A stretch of 64,000 nucleotides of DNA from a virus (Duplodnaviria > Caudoviricetes), in the IMG/VR virus record IMGVR_UViG_3300037424_000434, positions 96,001 through 160,000 of that record, one strand, 5' to 3'. The translations under genes and the position numbers were made by a program. The notes under the pieces are model-generated. The model was given only the letters and a program-made list of their open reading frames with translations, made no database searches and had not been told where the DNA came from. Below, in pieces: positions 43,901 to 53,274 of the stretch; positions within the stretch are counted from its first letter, which is position 1; every line of letters begins with the position of its first letter.

Positions 43901-44783
43901 GGGTACCTCATATGTTAGAGTGGGTTGTTTGATTAATAGAGAGGCTGGCACCGAAACCTCTTATATGAAAGATATGAAATTATATAATATAACTAACCCC
44001 GGACAACACACAGACTTTCCCTTTAATCAGAATGTATTTTTGGATACAGGGGAAGTAGGGACAAATGAAATATCTGAGGTAGGGATAATGGATAGTTTAT
44101 TTGGATATTGGCCGTTAAACGGTACCGCCGAGGATTTTAGTTCCAATAAATATGATGGGGTTATATATGGACCAACCGTGTCTTATGGTCTAGGTGGGGC
44201 CAGTTGTTATAGCTTCAATGGTACTTCTGATTATATGGTAATAAATGATGTTATAGATTTGTCCAGTCAAGTTTTTACCATGTCTGTATGGTTCAACAAA
44301 AAAGGAGCAGGTGGTGCTTTTGAGTGTGTATTGCATAAAAGCGCAGACAATACCATAGGTAACAGCGACTTTTGGTTGGGAGTGAATTCTACTGACAACA
44401 TAACAGCTACCATTGGTGCAGGTACTGGTGTTGGTTTTGCCGCAGGAACAACAACAACCTTGGCGATTCTTGATACATGGTATCATGTGTGCGCTACATG
44501 GGATGGGGGTGTTGTTAGGGTGTATATAAACGGGATAGAAGAAATTACATATTCTCTCAATACTATAATGAATGTATCTGCTGTTACCAGAATAGGATCA
44601 TCTGACACAGGATCTACGTATCAGTTCAACGGGCTAGTGCAGGATGTTAGATTATACAATAAATGTCTCACGTTAGAGCAGGTTAATACGGTATATAAGT
44701 TATTGTCACCTCATACAACAAGTAAAATGCAATTAAATGACACCACTTTAGGGTTGTGTGGAGAAGTTAAGGAGATTTATTAA
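40929..44783 (+). CDS. Multi-LamG receptor-binding/virion protein
   Basis: Three LamG units (LVGWWKLDG...NDVRIYD, DDIRIYAT, GYWPLNG...DVRLYN) plus carbohydrate-binding-like segments. 1284 aa. Confidence 0.8.
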   Translation: MSLVGWWKLDGDFDDYSVYGNHGTTVGSFADGKIGQCVNFASTTGSVIGNVDTLGLPTMTQNLTISFWVYPDSFPVSPSRHGIMQTAYGAEFAINITSIGSVQYYSGTSGGRITPFQVVTATSMLEVGKWQHVTVVRDITNKTIEFFKNGVSFVSHTWASPYYPAAQAVGYPLVLGWSYVGALVGKLNDVRIYDHAMSLREVKELAKTKMLHYKFNDFQEPTINEFDESVMVNSTYDGPGDIQIGELDAFGGTDNVVRRITGKVRFGNSVGVDVGTLYQGSTYTFSVYLRKVLGEIEPSGTFEFDICDLVDEVNFAGSLVDNLTYDWRRFAVTAYHDTNIAHHFTDIGEYLGTGVWEWCCAQIENKDHATPFVNIHNSRDGVIGDCSDYGRHAYSIIDNSYSYKIDHVDQYGTWLKIFNHESLINTNLFASAAEASYNDPNNPESNKFSILSQIPSFVRKDGKYKFKLSYPDVDVTNIWYQTNDPNIDGVYAVSGYEAISIDSTVQSWYGLARSSVPTTTYMDGCDGVSWWWSVGQITAYGGSSGGNPGPGVAVNKTELYICVENTSAFNAFPQWVSDGKTGGGCYRFDGIHRIVTNRIFMDTNIQSWTAAAWVKLDVNNTTQRLVDFNLGNNIIRGGTTKALLYINDGVNDAYTYSTGAMPVGEWFHLAFVLNTDTIRCQIYLNGSLHGSSANYAGTETPAGFVNSTIFGDWVQGQLDDIRIYATDLSSEDILELYQTKQSLDDVGNLYMNELVENTYWDEGIDNTNLLYNGDASVGDNSNFSPLTYYSPEKCFTYTSASSQWISNYYIPVIGNGVDTFDQYMLSGFFKQPTGTMSKFYYMIVCYDKDKNFIDHTRVAFYPNTQTVTTQTINNGDEYVYVDDLTNWYDDGLDGYVHQKTFACWPIGVAEYPPFTYSRHVNLVRFVDKTLNRLRLNTVWSGGTVPIGSPVTNSYSGSIYSYIAASNALMTPDWVYYSGSTYASAHIVGMRAGTSYVRVGCLINREAGTETSYMKDMKLYNITNPGQHTDFPFNQNVFLDTGEVGTNEISEVGIMDSLFGYWPLNGTAEDFSSNKYDGVIYGPTVSYGLGGASCYSFNGTSDYMVINDVIDLSSQVFTMSVWFNKKGAGGAFECVLHKSADNTIGNSDFWLGVNSTDNITATIGAGTGVGFAAGTTTTLAILDTWYHVCATWDGGVVRVYINGIEEITYSLNTIMNVSAVTRIGSSDTGSTYQFNGLVQDVRLYNKCLTLEQVNTVYKLLSPHTTSKMQLNDTTLGLCGEVKEIY

Positions 44784-46441
44784 TGGCAAAATTGTCCAGT
44801 ACAGAGGTATTCGGTACATTAAAAGTAAATTCAACCGCCACAATACTTGGGTCGGTCACGGCTTCTTCTTTTATAGGTGACGTGACGGGGAACGTGACAA
44901 GCGCAGATGCGATAAATGTTGTTGACGAAAGCGTTGATACCGCATGTTATCTTATATACACAACAAGCGCGACAGGAACATTGCAACCAAAATCAGGAAC
45001 AAATATTTTGTTTGATTCTGCTAGCGGGATACTGTATACAAGTACAGTGTCTGTTACGGGACAATTAAAATCAACTGTTGCAATAGGTACTGCTCCATTG
45101 ACGGTCACATCAACAACACTTGTATCTAATCTTAACGCCGATTATCTTGACAGTTTACACTCAACATCTTTTCTTCGGAGTGATGTAGATACAACTTTCA
45201 CGGGGCCTGCTCTTACCGTAAACAATAGCATTGTTCTAACCAATCCAAATAATACAGCAGCACTTATGTCGCTTAACTGGTTAAGTGATAACCCCAGAAT
45301 ATGCATTGGCGGAATTGGTACAGGTTCAGCCGGAACATTCAAAATCCAAGGCATCTCAGATACCGATAGGTTTACTGTTGATAGTACAGGTGGAGCCAAA
45401 GTATTTGGGATACTAACTGTTGGTAATTCGACAGCAAGTCATATTTATATGACGGATACTGATAACACAACTCGCGTTATACACTGCAATTCAAATCAAA
45501 TTGGTTTTTTAACCTCTACAGCCTCATGGGGTTCTTATTGTGACAACGCAGGCAACTGGATATCCGTTGGATACGTACAAGGTACCAAATTTGAAGCAAC
45601 AACAACCCCCGACAATAACACCCCCACAGCAAATACCTCTAAATTTGATGGTTATGGGATAATAGGCAACCGCACGGCAATATATGTCACAAATGCGGGG
45701 GGAGATATAAGATTGGGCACGGGGTCGGTTCACGGAGCAGCGACCACCGCATTGATTACAAGCACTGGCGTTACTATAACAGGAACCCAAGTGGTATCCT
45801 CTAATTCTTATCTACAAGGCGCACAGACAGAGATTGGTACGTCCACCACTCAAGGCATATTAAAGCTATGGGGAGCAACACCGGGGAAATACGCTCAAAT
45901 CCATGTTTCTACAGGTAACCTATATATTGACTCTGATTCCGTGGGTGCTTTGTATTTAAACTATATCAGGGGTGGTGCGATATATTTTGGTAATGGTGCC
46001 AGTGGCACTAATGCTAACGTTAGCTCGGCGGGAGTGTTTACTGGAACAGGGTTTGTTGGTCCATTGACTGGCACCGCTTCAGTAGCAACAACGGTCACTG
46101 TTGCTGATGAAAGCGCCGATACAACATGCTATCCTTTATATGTTACAGCGGCCACGGGAGATTTGGCACCAAAGTCTGGTTCTAATTTAACGTTTGATTC
46201 CAGTACGGGGCGATTAACAGCGGTTAGTTTAGGCGTCACAAATATTGTGACGAATAAAATAGTTAAATTCGGGGGTGTTATTCTCGACGACAGTATCATG
46301 TCGGATGACGGAACTACTGTATCGGTATCCGGTACCTTGCAGTCAAAAAAATACACTGGAACGGAGTCAACAGGAACAACAGCCAAATTTGAGATGGTGT
46401 GGAATGACACAGAAAATTCAATAGATTTTAATTTTATATAA
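44783..46441 (+). CDS. Tail fibre protein
   Basis: Two VxDES.DT.CY repeats, shares repeats A and B with 39237, C-terminal IDFNFI. Confidence 0.75.
   Translation: MAKLSSTEVFGTLKVNSTATILGSVTASSFIGDVTGNVTSADAINVVDESVDTACYLIYTTSATGTLQPKSGTNILFDSASGILYTSTVSVTGQLKSTVAIGTAPLTVTSTTLVSNLNADYLDSLHSTSFLRSDVDTTFTGPALTVNNSIVLTNPNNTAALMSLNWLSDNPRICIGGIGTGSAGTFKIQGISDTDRFTVDSTGGAKVFGILTVGNSTASHIYMTDTDNTTRVIHCNSNQIGFLTSTASWGSYCDNAGNWISVGYVQGTKFEATTTPDNNTPTANTSKFDGYGIIGNRTAIYVTNAGGDIRLGTGSVHGAATTALITSTGVTITGTQVVSSNSYLQGAQTEIGTSTTQGILKLWGATPGKYAQIHVSTGNLYIDSDSVGALYLNYIRGGAIYFGNGASGTNANVSSAGVFTGTGFVGPLTGTASVATTVTVADESADTTCYPLYVTAATGDLAPKSGSNLTFDSSTGRLTAVSLGVTNIVTNKIVKFGGVILDDSIMSDDGTTVSVSGTLQSKKYTGTESTGTTAKFEMVWNDTENSIDFNFI
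45108..45185 (+). repeat. 78-bp repeat B, copy 2
   Basis: Matches 40045-40122. Confidence 0.9.
45807..45922 (+). repeat. 116-bp repeat A, copy 2
   Basis: Matches 39769-39884. Confidence 0.9.
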
Positions 46442-46450
46442 GGACTATTA

Positions 46451-49400
46451 ATGGCGACAAAAGCGAGACTAAATGATGAGGGTTTATTGCTTTCTGGAGA
46501 AATCGATGAAAGGTTACCTAGTGTTACATCAAATCTAACCACACATTTCCCCTTTGATGATACGGTACAGTCATCGACCGGAAAAAATATTATTGACTAT
46601 TCGACATGGGTTATTGGTAGCTCTGGTTCACAAACGGGATTCACCCAGAATGGCGAAACTGGGTGCAATTCTATAATATATGACACCGATCCTTTTGGTA
46701 ATAACACTGCTATATGGAGATCTCTAAACAATGATGTAACGAGTGATGCCGATGGTGGATGGATTTCGTTATATTACGCTACAGATCCAACCCAAATGTA
46801 TAGATTTTCTGTTTGGATTCAAAGGAGAGTTTTGGGCAATGGAACATATTATTTTGGTTTATATGGTGGGGGAGCGCCGGTTCTGTACAGGTCTACAGGG
46901 GTAGAAAACACCAACCCCTATTTTAGGGTAGCTTCTGGTACAGAGATATTAGGTGACTGGTTTTTGGTGGTAGGTCACGTGTGGCCTGCTGGTTCGGGTA
47001 CAGGAGACATGCATGTTGACACTGGTGTATACACCAAAGAAGGAGTTAAACTTTCTTCTGCGACCGACTATGTTTCTCAAGCAGGAACAACTTCGTTGCG
47101 CTCTAGATCATATTTATATTATTCAACCGACCCAACAACAGAACAATTGTGGGTTTATCCGAGAATGGATTTGTGTGACGGGTCAGAGCCTACTATTCAA
47201 GATCTTATTACAGGGTCTAATGGGGACGGCAGTATATCCAATCCAACTACCAATGATAATAATACCATAACACAGAATGGGTTATCAGTAGAAGAATTAA
47301 CAGATAATATAATCCCACTTTCAGTAAACAGAACATTTAGTGGTGGGAACACTCACGGAACTTTTTCCACGGGTACAACGTATAACAATAATGTACCATA
47401 TGTTATCGGAACAATTGATAATATAACAGACAATATAGTAACGCTTGTGACAGTTGATCACCCTCTTTATACGTATGATGTTGTTCATCCAACAACAACG
47501 GGAGGTGGATTAACAGCCAATACTGATTATTTCATAAAAAGATTGACCACAAATTCATTTACAATACATGAATACAACGCTTCACAGGACGGAAGTCAGG
47601 GATATGTTGTTGCCGGTGGGGGATTCAAAGTACATGAATCAATTTGGTCTGATACAAGAGTTTCGATCAACGCAACTAGTTTTCCGACAACATGGGCGGG
47701 TTCAGCGCATAAATCGAATATGGGTTTGGTCAAAGAGATCATTCCCAGAGGATTTAATTTCAACGGCCAATATTATGATCATTTAAGATTGCATACCGAG
47801 CATCGTAAACCAGAAGGACAGACCGTGAACTATATGGCGTATGGAGTTTTGACTCCAGTAACAGTGGGATTGGCTTATTCGTGGAGTTTTTGGGCGAGAG
47901 CGGCCACACCTGAATCTATTGGTGGTACTATTTGGTTGAATCTATACACTGCTGGGTCTTATTGGACAGGAGGTGGTGTGAGCATGACATTAACAGATGA
48001 ATGGCAACAATATCGTCTTGAAGGACTAATTGCTCCCGCGACAGGGGTGACCCTTATGTATTTTCCTTCAGCCCCGGCATACAACACTGTTGATATCGCA
48101 TGTCTCCAATGTGAGCAAAAAACTTTTTCAACATCTTTTGTTGATGGATCTAGAGCTGAAGGAGATTTTCAGTTAACCAATGTTTTGAATCCTAACAAGG
48201 GGACCGTTGTTGTTGACGTAACTTTTCACGAAGACAACACCGTGAACGGGTTACAGGGAGCGGATCAATATTGTTTTGGTAATGGCGTTGATTGGGATAC
48301 AGCAAATTGTTTTCAGTTTCATGATACGGATTGGTGGTACATAAGAGACAATGCCAATACTATATATAACCTGACTATGTATAATGAGATAATCAGAAAT
48401 GAACGAGTGCAAGTTGCTCTTGTTTATGATGACACTGATGGTACTATGGATATTTATAGAAATGGCATATTGAATACTTCTGGTGCAAAAATGACCGGGT
48501 TTATAGGAAAACTTGGCTCTTTGGGTACTAATTGGACACATTCAGGGGTCAACACGTTAACCACCTATAAAATGTGCCAAACGATTCATGGTCTAAGTTT
48601 TTATGATGAGCCATTAACATCCACTCAGATAAAAAGTTTATATGATGGGTTTTCTATCTCACAGGAAGGTAACGTCATAGAAGATGGAGTGAAAGAAAGA
48701 CCTTTGACCCCAGTGGATGGATATTTCTTTCCATTTGGTTTTGATGCAAAAGATGAGCGTGAAACCTTTGATGCATATGAGCAGACTAATGTTGTCTATG
48801 AAGATGGTGCTGTATTTATTGGTACCGGAACCGTAAACGAATATGTATATCCAACGTTTAACATCGCTGCTGCATCCGGGGGTTGGTTGCATTGGGGAGC
48901 GACCGGAAGTAGTGGGTCTTATGGGCAGAACACAGCTCCTCGGTATATATTCAATCCATATCAACCATACTCTCATTGGATCACAAACGCTATTGCGGCT
49001 ACTGGGAATTATTTGTTATATCAAGCTCCTGCTGTGGGTGATACCGATAGATCATTACAGTTGATTTGTTGTAGAAGTGATTTTGGTGTGATAGATGAGA
49101 GTGTTACCTTTCCAGCATGGAATGCTGCGTCCGGGGGCATTCCTAGTGGTACATGGACATCAATAAATCATCTTGGTAATGGGTTTTATTTATGTAAAGC
49201 CGAAGGTATACAACAAAATGGAACGAATGACTTGGTGGGGGTATATGTAAAACCCGGTTATACAGTGTATTATACACAAGTTCAGCTTGAACAAACGGCA
49301 TATTCAACACCCTTTGTTGACGGGACAAGAGGGGAAGGATCTCTCCTCCTCCCATATGAAGTGGTTGATTGTAAGACAGATTTTACCGTCTATGGGTTCT

Positions 49401-49900
49401 GGAAACCCCCAGTGTATGCGGATGGGGTGTATAGACCATGTATTACAAGAAATATACCAAATGCGGATAGTTTATATAATAGAATTTTAATCATGGGCGC
49501 GGGAACGTATTCTAGTAGGCTTGCATGTTGGCATGGATCTAACGGGGTGGATGAATCGTTGGTATATGCGCCTACGGAGATACCGGTGGTGGCAGGAGAA
49601 TGGAATTTTTTTGCACTGGTTAGATCCAGCACCATGATGTATCTATACATAGGCAATTCTGGTGGATTTGGTGTGGGTACTTCAGTCACAGCATATCAGT
49701 TAGATGGAGATGAAACAGGGCAGTATTGGCATATAGGAGAATATTCTAATCATGAATCCAATGCTTTTCATAGGGATTACTGTTTTGTTCAAAGAGCGTT
49801 ATCATCTATTGAAATAGAAACGATATTCAGGACTCGCATGAGAAGCACAGATAATGAGATAAATATAAGTAATCAGGTAATCGAAGGAGTAACGTTGTAA
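46451..49900 (+). CDS. Multi-domain lectin-like (LamG/CBM) virion protein
   Basis: LTTHFPFD, YRFSVWI...YPRMDLCDGSEP, QCEQK...TSFVDG.R, QLEQ.AYSTPFVDG.R, WNFFAL. 1149 aa. Confidence 0.7.
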   Translation: MATKARLNDEGLLLSGEIDERLPSVTSNLTTHFPFDDTVQSSTGKNIIDYSTWVIGSSGSQTGFTQNGETGCNSIIYDTDPFGNNTAIWRSLNNDVTSDADGGWISLYYATDPTQMYRFSVWIQRRVLGNGTYYFGLYGGGAPVLYRSTGVENTNPYFRVASGTEILGDWFLVVGHVWPAGSGTGDMHVDTGVYTKEGVKLSSATDYVSQAGTTSLRSRSYLYYSTDPTTEQLWVYPRMDLCDGSEPTIQDLITGSNGDGSISNPTTNDNNTITQNGLSVEELTDNIIPLSVNRTFSGGNTHGTFSTGTTYNNNVPYVIGTIDNITDNIVTLVTVDHPLYTYDVVHPTTTGGGLTANTDYFIKRLTTNSFTIHEYNASQDGSQGYVVAGGGFKVHESIWSDTRVSINATSFPTTWAGSAHKSNMGLVKEIIPRGFNFNGQYYDHLRLHTEHRKPEGQTVNYMAYGVLTPVTVGLAYSWSFWARAATPESIGGTIWLNLYTAGSYWTGGGVSMTLTDEWQQYRLEGLIAPATGVTLMYFPSAPAYNTVDIACLQCEQKTFSTSFVDGSRAEGDFQLTNVLNPNKGTVVVDVTFHEDNTVNGLQGADQYCFGNGVDWDTANCFQFHDTDWWYIRDNANTIYNLTMYNEIIRNERVQVALVYDDTDGTMDIYRNGILNTSGAKMTGFIGKLGSLGTNWTHSGVNTLTTYKMCQTIHGLSFYDEPLTSTQIKSLYDGFSISQEGNVIEDGVKERPLTPVDGYFFPFGFDAKDERETFDAYEQTNVVYEDGAVFIGTGTVNEYVYPTFNIAAASGGWLHWGATGSSGSYGQNTAPRYIFNPYQPYSHWITNAIAATGNYLLYQAPAVGDTDRSLQLICCRSDFGVIDESVTFPAWNAASGGIPSGTWTSINHLGNGFYLCKAEGIQQNGTNDLVGVYVKPGYTVYYTQVQLEQTAYSTPFVDGTRGEGSLLLPYEVVDCKTDFTVYGFWKPPVYADGVYRPCITRNIPNADSLYNRILIMGAGTYSSRLACWHGSNGVDESLVYAPTEIPVVAGEWNFFALVRSSTMMYLYIGNSGGFGVGTSVTAYQLDGDETGQYWHIGEYSNHESNAFHRDYCFVQRALSSIEIETIFRTRMRSTDNEINISNQVIEGVTL

Positions 49901-51075
49901 TGGGCAAATTAAGAGGTGGAACGACCATAGGTGGGCACATTGCTTCTCATTATGGGAATTTATCTGACCAGTTGGCTTTACTTGAACGCATAACAACGAT
50001 CAGCCAGTCAACATATGTGGGTACAGGTGCGGGTAACACGACAGCCACAGGGGTGGACAATACGTTTGTTGGATATGGTGTTGGTACAGGTCTTACCACG
50101 GGCGGTCAGAACGTATGCATTGGTACCAGTGCTGGCGCTGCTATCGGGGCATCAAGAAGAAATGTTATAATAGGAGTTGAGGCAGGTAGTGCTTTGGCAG
50201 CCGCAGACTATTCTGTTATAATAGGATATCAAGCCGCCAATATATTAAATCCTACTCTAGGACAGTCAATATATATTGGATACGGTGCTGGTATAGCAAA
50301 CGTTACAGGGGAGCGTAACTGCTTCGTTGGATATGAAACAGGGTATACCACAACGGTAGGATATAATACATTTCTGGGTAATAATGCTGGTAGAGAGAAT
50401 ACAACAGGAACACCAAATGTATATGTAGGATATTGTGCAGGTGAACATAACACAACAGGGGCGCGTAACACCTACATTGGGTATACTGCTGGAGCTAGTC
50501 TTACTGTGGGATCAGGTGACGATGGAGTTTTGGTTGGATATAACTCCGGGGTTGCGTTAACAACGGGGTCAAAAAATGTTTGTATTGGATCATATGCCGG
50601 TGATAATATAACTTCAGGGGGATATAATATATGTATTGGGTATCAAGCGCGTCCATTATCGGCAACAACCACAAATCAATGTATAATAGGTGGCACAGAC
50701 GAGAATGTTGTCAAAGTCGGTATTGGAGGACAAAATAATCCAACAGAATCCCTAGATGTTATTGGTGGTATAAAATTCACAGCGTCTATGACAGAAGGGG
50801 TGTATGATCTTACGGGTACTGCCTTAAATCCAGACTATGGAACAGTTCAATCCAAAACATTAACCGGAGCAACCACCTTTACTGATAGCTTAACTACAGG
50901 AAAAAGCATGACGTTATCGACAACAGGGGCTTCCGCTTATGTTTTAACGTGGCCTACTATGACATGGGTTACTAATACAGGAAATACCGCACCAACCATC
51001 ACAGCCAAAGACACATTTGTTTTCTGGAAGATAGGTACGACCTTGTACGGAGCCTATGTGGGGAGTTATGTATAA
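49900..51075 (+). CDS. Tail fibre protein with N.xIG..AG repeats
   Basis: More than 10 NTFVG/NVCIG/N.YIG..AG repeats. C-terminal W.T...P......F.FW module. Confidence 0.75.
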   Translation: MGKLRGGTTIGGHIASHYGNLSDQLALLERITTISQSTYVGTGAGNTTATGVDNTFVGYGVGTGLTTGGQNVCIGTSAGAAIGASRRNVIIGVEAGSALAAADYSVIIGYQAANILNPTLGQSIYIGYGAGIANVTGERNCFVGYETGYTTTVGYNTFLGNNAGRENTTGTPNVYVGYCAGEHNTTGARNTYIGYTAGASLTVGSGDDGVLVGYNSGVALTTGSKNVCIGSYAGDNITSGGYNICIGYQARPLSATTTNQCIIGGTDENVVKVGIGGQNNPTESLDVIGGIKFTASMTEGVYDLTGTALNPDYGTVQSKTLTGATTFTDSLTTGKSMTLSTTGASAYVLTWPTMTWVTNTGNTAPTITAKDTFVFWKIGTTLYGAYVGSYV

Positions 51076-51977
51076 TGTTATCTACTAGGTTTAAAATGGG
51101 GAGCAACAAATCTCCCATTGAAATTTCGGGAGATTTGTTATGGACATTAGATAATCCAAATGCTTATTCAACCCCTGTCAATGATTGGTTTGGGTTTTCG
51201 GTTGGTATAAGTGAATCATATGCGATTGTTGGTGCATATACAGAAGATGATGCCGGGGGCACCGAGTCAGGAAAAGCTTATATATTCGATAATACTACAG
51301 GAGCATTATTATGGACGTTAAATAATCCAAATGCGTATTCAACCTCTACAGGAGATTGGTTCGGTTCTTCGGTTGGTATAAGTGAAACATATGCAATTGT
51401 TGGTGCCTATACAGAAGATGATGCTGGCGGTACTAATTCGGGTAAAGCTTATATCTTTAATCCTGCTACTGGATCATTATTATGGACGTTAAACGATCCA
51501 AATGCTTACGGTACCTCTGCTGGTGATTGGTTTGGGTATTCGGTTGCTATAAGTGAATCATATGCAATTGTTGGGGCATATTTTGAAGACGATGCCGGGG
51601 GCACCGAGTCAGGAAAAGCTTATATATTTAATCCAGCTACAGGAGCATTATTATGGACATTAGACAATCCAAATGCTTATGACACGTCTTCTTACGATTA
51701 CTTTGGTTATTCGGTTGGTATAAGTGAATCATATGCAATTGTTAGTGCATATGGTGAAGATGAGGGGGCAGATGAAGATTCAGGAAAAGCTTATATATTT
51801 AATCCAGCTACAGGAGCATTATTATGGACATTAGATAATCCAAATGCGTATTCAACCTCTACAGGAGACTGGTTCGGTTCTTCAGTTGGTATAAGCGAAT
51901 CACATGCAATTGTTGGGGCAAAGTTTGAAGATGATGCTGGGGGTACCGACTCAGGAAAAGCTTACATATTTATATAA
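51075..51977 (+). CDS. FG-GAP (integrin-alpha type) beta-propeller repeat protein
   Basis: Five 57-aa units LWTLxNPNAY...DWFG.SV.ISE.YAIVGA..EDDAGG..SGKAYIF. Confidence 0.88.
   Translation: MLSTRFKMGSNKSPIEISGDLLWTLDNPNAYSTPVNDWFGFSVGISESYAIVGAYTEDDAGGTESGKAYIFDNTTGALLWTLNNPNAYSTSTGDWFGSSVGISETYAIVGAYTEDDAGGTNSGKAYIFNPATGSLLWTLNDPNAYGTSAGDWFGYSVAISESYAIVGAYFEDDAGGTESGKAYIFNPATGALLWTLDNPNAYDTSSYDYFGYSVGISESYAIVSAYGEDEGADEDSGKAYIFNPATGALLWTLDNPNAYSTSTGDWFGSSVGISESHAIVGAKFEDDAGGTDSGKAYIFI
51138..51974 (+). repeat. Tandem 171-bp coding repeat x5 (last copy truncated)
   Basis: TTATGGAC anchors at 51138, 51309, 51480, 51651 and 51822. Confidence 0.92.
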
Positions 51978-51996
51978 AAAGGAGAAAATAAAAACA

Positions 51997-52632
51997 ATGT
52001 TATATGCAAAGATAAAAAATGGGTTGATTGAAAAATTTCCCTATACAATACAAAATTTAAGAGAAGATTATCCCAATGTTTCGTTTCCAGCCAAACCTGC
52101 GAGAGACATACTCGCTGAATACAATATGGTTGAAATTGCACAAGAAGAGATGCCATTGTTTGACCCGTTTACCCAGTATGTGGTTAGTTCGAACGAGCCG
52201 GTATATGTTGGGGATCGCTGGGTAATGGGCAAATCTGTCATAGACAAAACTCCCGAACAGGTGGCACAGCAAGTAAAAGGGGCCAGCACTGGTATGGTAA
52301 GTAAAGCGTGGACCAGCGCGCTTGAAGCTGGTTATGATAACGGTGAATTTGTTATGCAGTGTGATAAACAAGATTATGAAATGATGAATGATGGGCTTAG
52401 TTTGTTTTTGGTCACTTCTGTAGACCAAGGGGGAGCGGGTGGTTTGGATCAAACAACCACTATAGTCAGAGACAAAAATAATATCGGGCACGAAATGACG
52501 ATTGAAGCTGCTTTGAATTTGGCATTAGAGATGAAGATATATTATTGGAGACTGTGGTCTCGAAAAGGGATGTATCGCGATGCCCTTAACGCATGTACCA
52601 CAAGAGAAGAGATGGATTTGGTTGTATTCTAA
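51997..52632 (+). CDS. Tail fibre assembly/chaperone-like protein
   Basis: AAGGAG RBS. YAKIKNG.I..FPY....LR..YPNVSFP...P.FDP.TQ......P......W. Sits at the end of the fibre cluster. Confidence 0.55.
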   Translation: MLYAKIKNGLIEKFPYTIQNLREDYPNVSFPAKPARDILAEYNMVEIAQEEMPLFDPFTQYVVSSNEPVYVGDRWVMGKSVIDKTPEQVAQQVKGASTGMVSKAWTSALEAGYDNGEFVMQCDKQDYEMMNDGLSLFLVTSVDQGGAGGLDQTTTIVRDKNNIGHEMTIEAALNLALEMKIYYWRLWSRKGMYRDALNACTTREEMDLVVF

Positions 52633-52649
52633 TACAAAGTTTCTTTTTG

Positions 52650-52657
52650 TATAAATA
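52650..52657 (+). promoter_or_regulatory. Late promoter TATAAATA
   Basis: Exact motif upstream of 52687. Confidence 0.7.
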
Positions 52658-52686
52658 CAATGAGTACATTATGTTGGGGGATATTC

Positions 52687-53274
52687 ATGCCAAATGCAAG
52701 CATAAAGTCGTTGGCTCAAAAGACAGGAAAATCTATAGCCGAAGTTGAGGCCAAATGGCGCGAAGCAAAGAAGGCCGCTGAAGGAGAAAAATCCAAGGGC
52801 GATGATGCTTTTTATGGCACAGCAATGATCATACTGAAACGGAAACTTGGAATCAAGGAGAGTCGTATGAAATTTGGCGATTACGTTAAGCCAACACTAA
52901 ACGAAGAAAAATTTAATGGACATATGGTAGCAGATAAAAAAACACTAGCTCTCATCAAACTTTTCCAAGGAAAAGAGAAAATCAAAGATCATAAAGATAT
53001 TCATTCATTGGCCGAGAAGCTTGGGATAAAAGAGCCAAGCGAACTTGAGGAAGTAGTGTATGCCATGCTTCAATCGTTTTGGTCAAAAGGACGTGCTATG
53101 GAAAAGGGTATGAACTTTAAATTAAATGATGAAGAAGTAAAGATGGGCGTCGAGGTTGAGATGGAGCATACTGATAATGAATTAATTGCTTATCGTATCG
53201 CATTGGATCATCTAGCGGAGTGTTCTGACTATTATACAAGATTAGCAAAGATGGAAATGGGATGTAAAGACTAA
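52687..53274 (+). CDS. DUF5661-like protein (likely internal head protein)
   Basis: C-terminal EVKMGVEVEMEHTD...A..IALDHL.E..DYYTRL.KME. Internal MKFGDY...LNE motif. Confidence 0.7.
   Translation: MPNASIKSLAQKTGKSIAEVEAKWREAKKAAEGEKSKGDDAFYGTAMIILKRKLGIKESRMKFGDYVKPTLNEEKFNGHMVADKKTLALIKLFQGKEKIKDHKDIHSLAEKLGIKEPSELEEVVYAMLQSFWSKGRAMEKGMNFKLNDEEVKMGVEVEMEHTDNELIAYRIALDHLAECSDYYTRLAKMEMGCKD

Noticed and set aside
51138-51974. CRISPR array
   Set aside because: The repeats are 171-bp in-frame coding units with no spacer structure, and there are no cas genes.
39237-51977. Diversity-generating retroelement (template and variable repeats in fibre or FG-GAP genes)
   Set aside because: There is no reverse transcriptase in the window. 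The repeat pairs are internal rather than C-terminal, and the few mismatches are not a clear adenine-only pattern.
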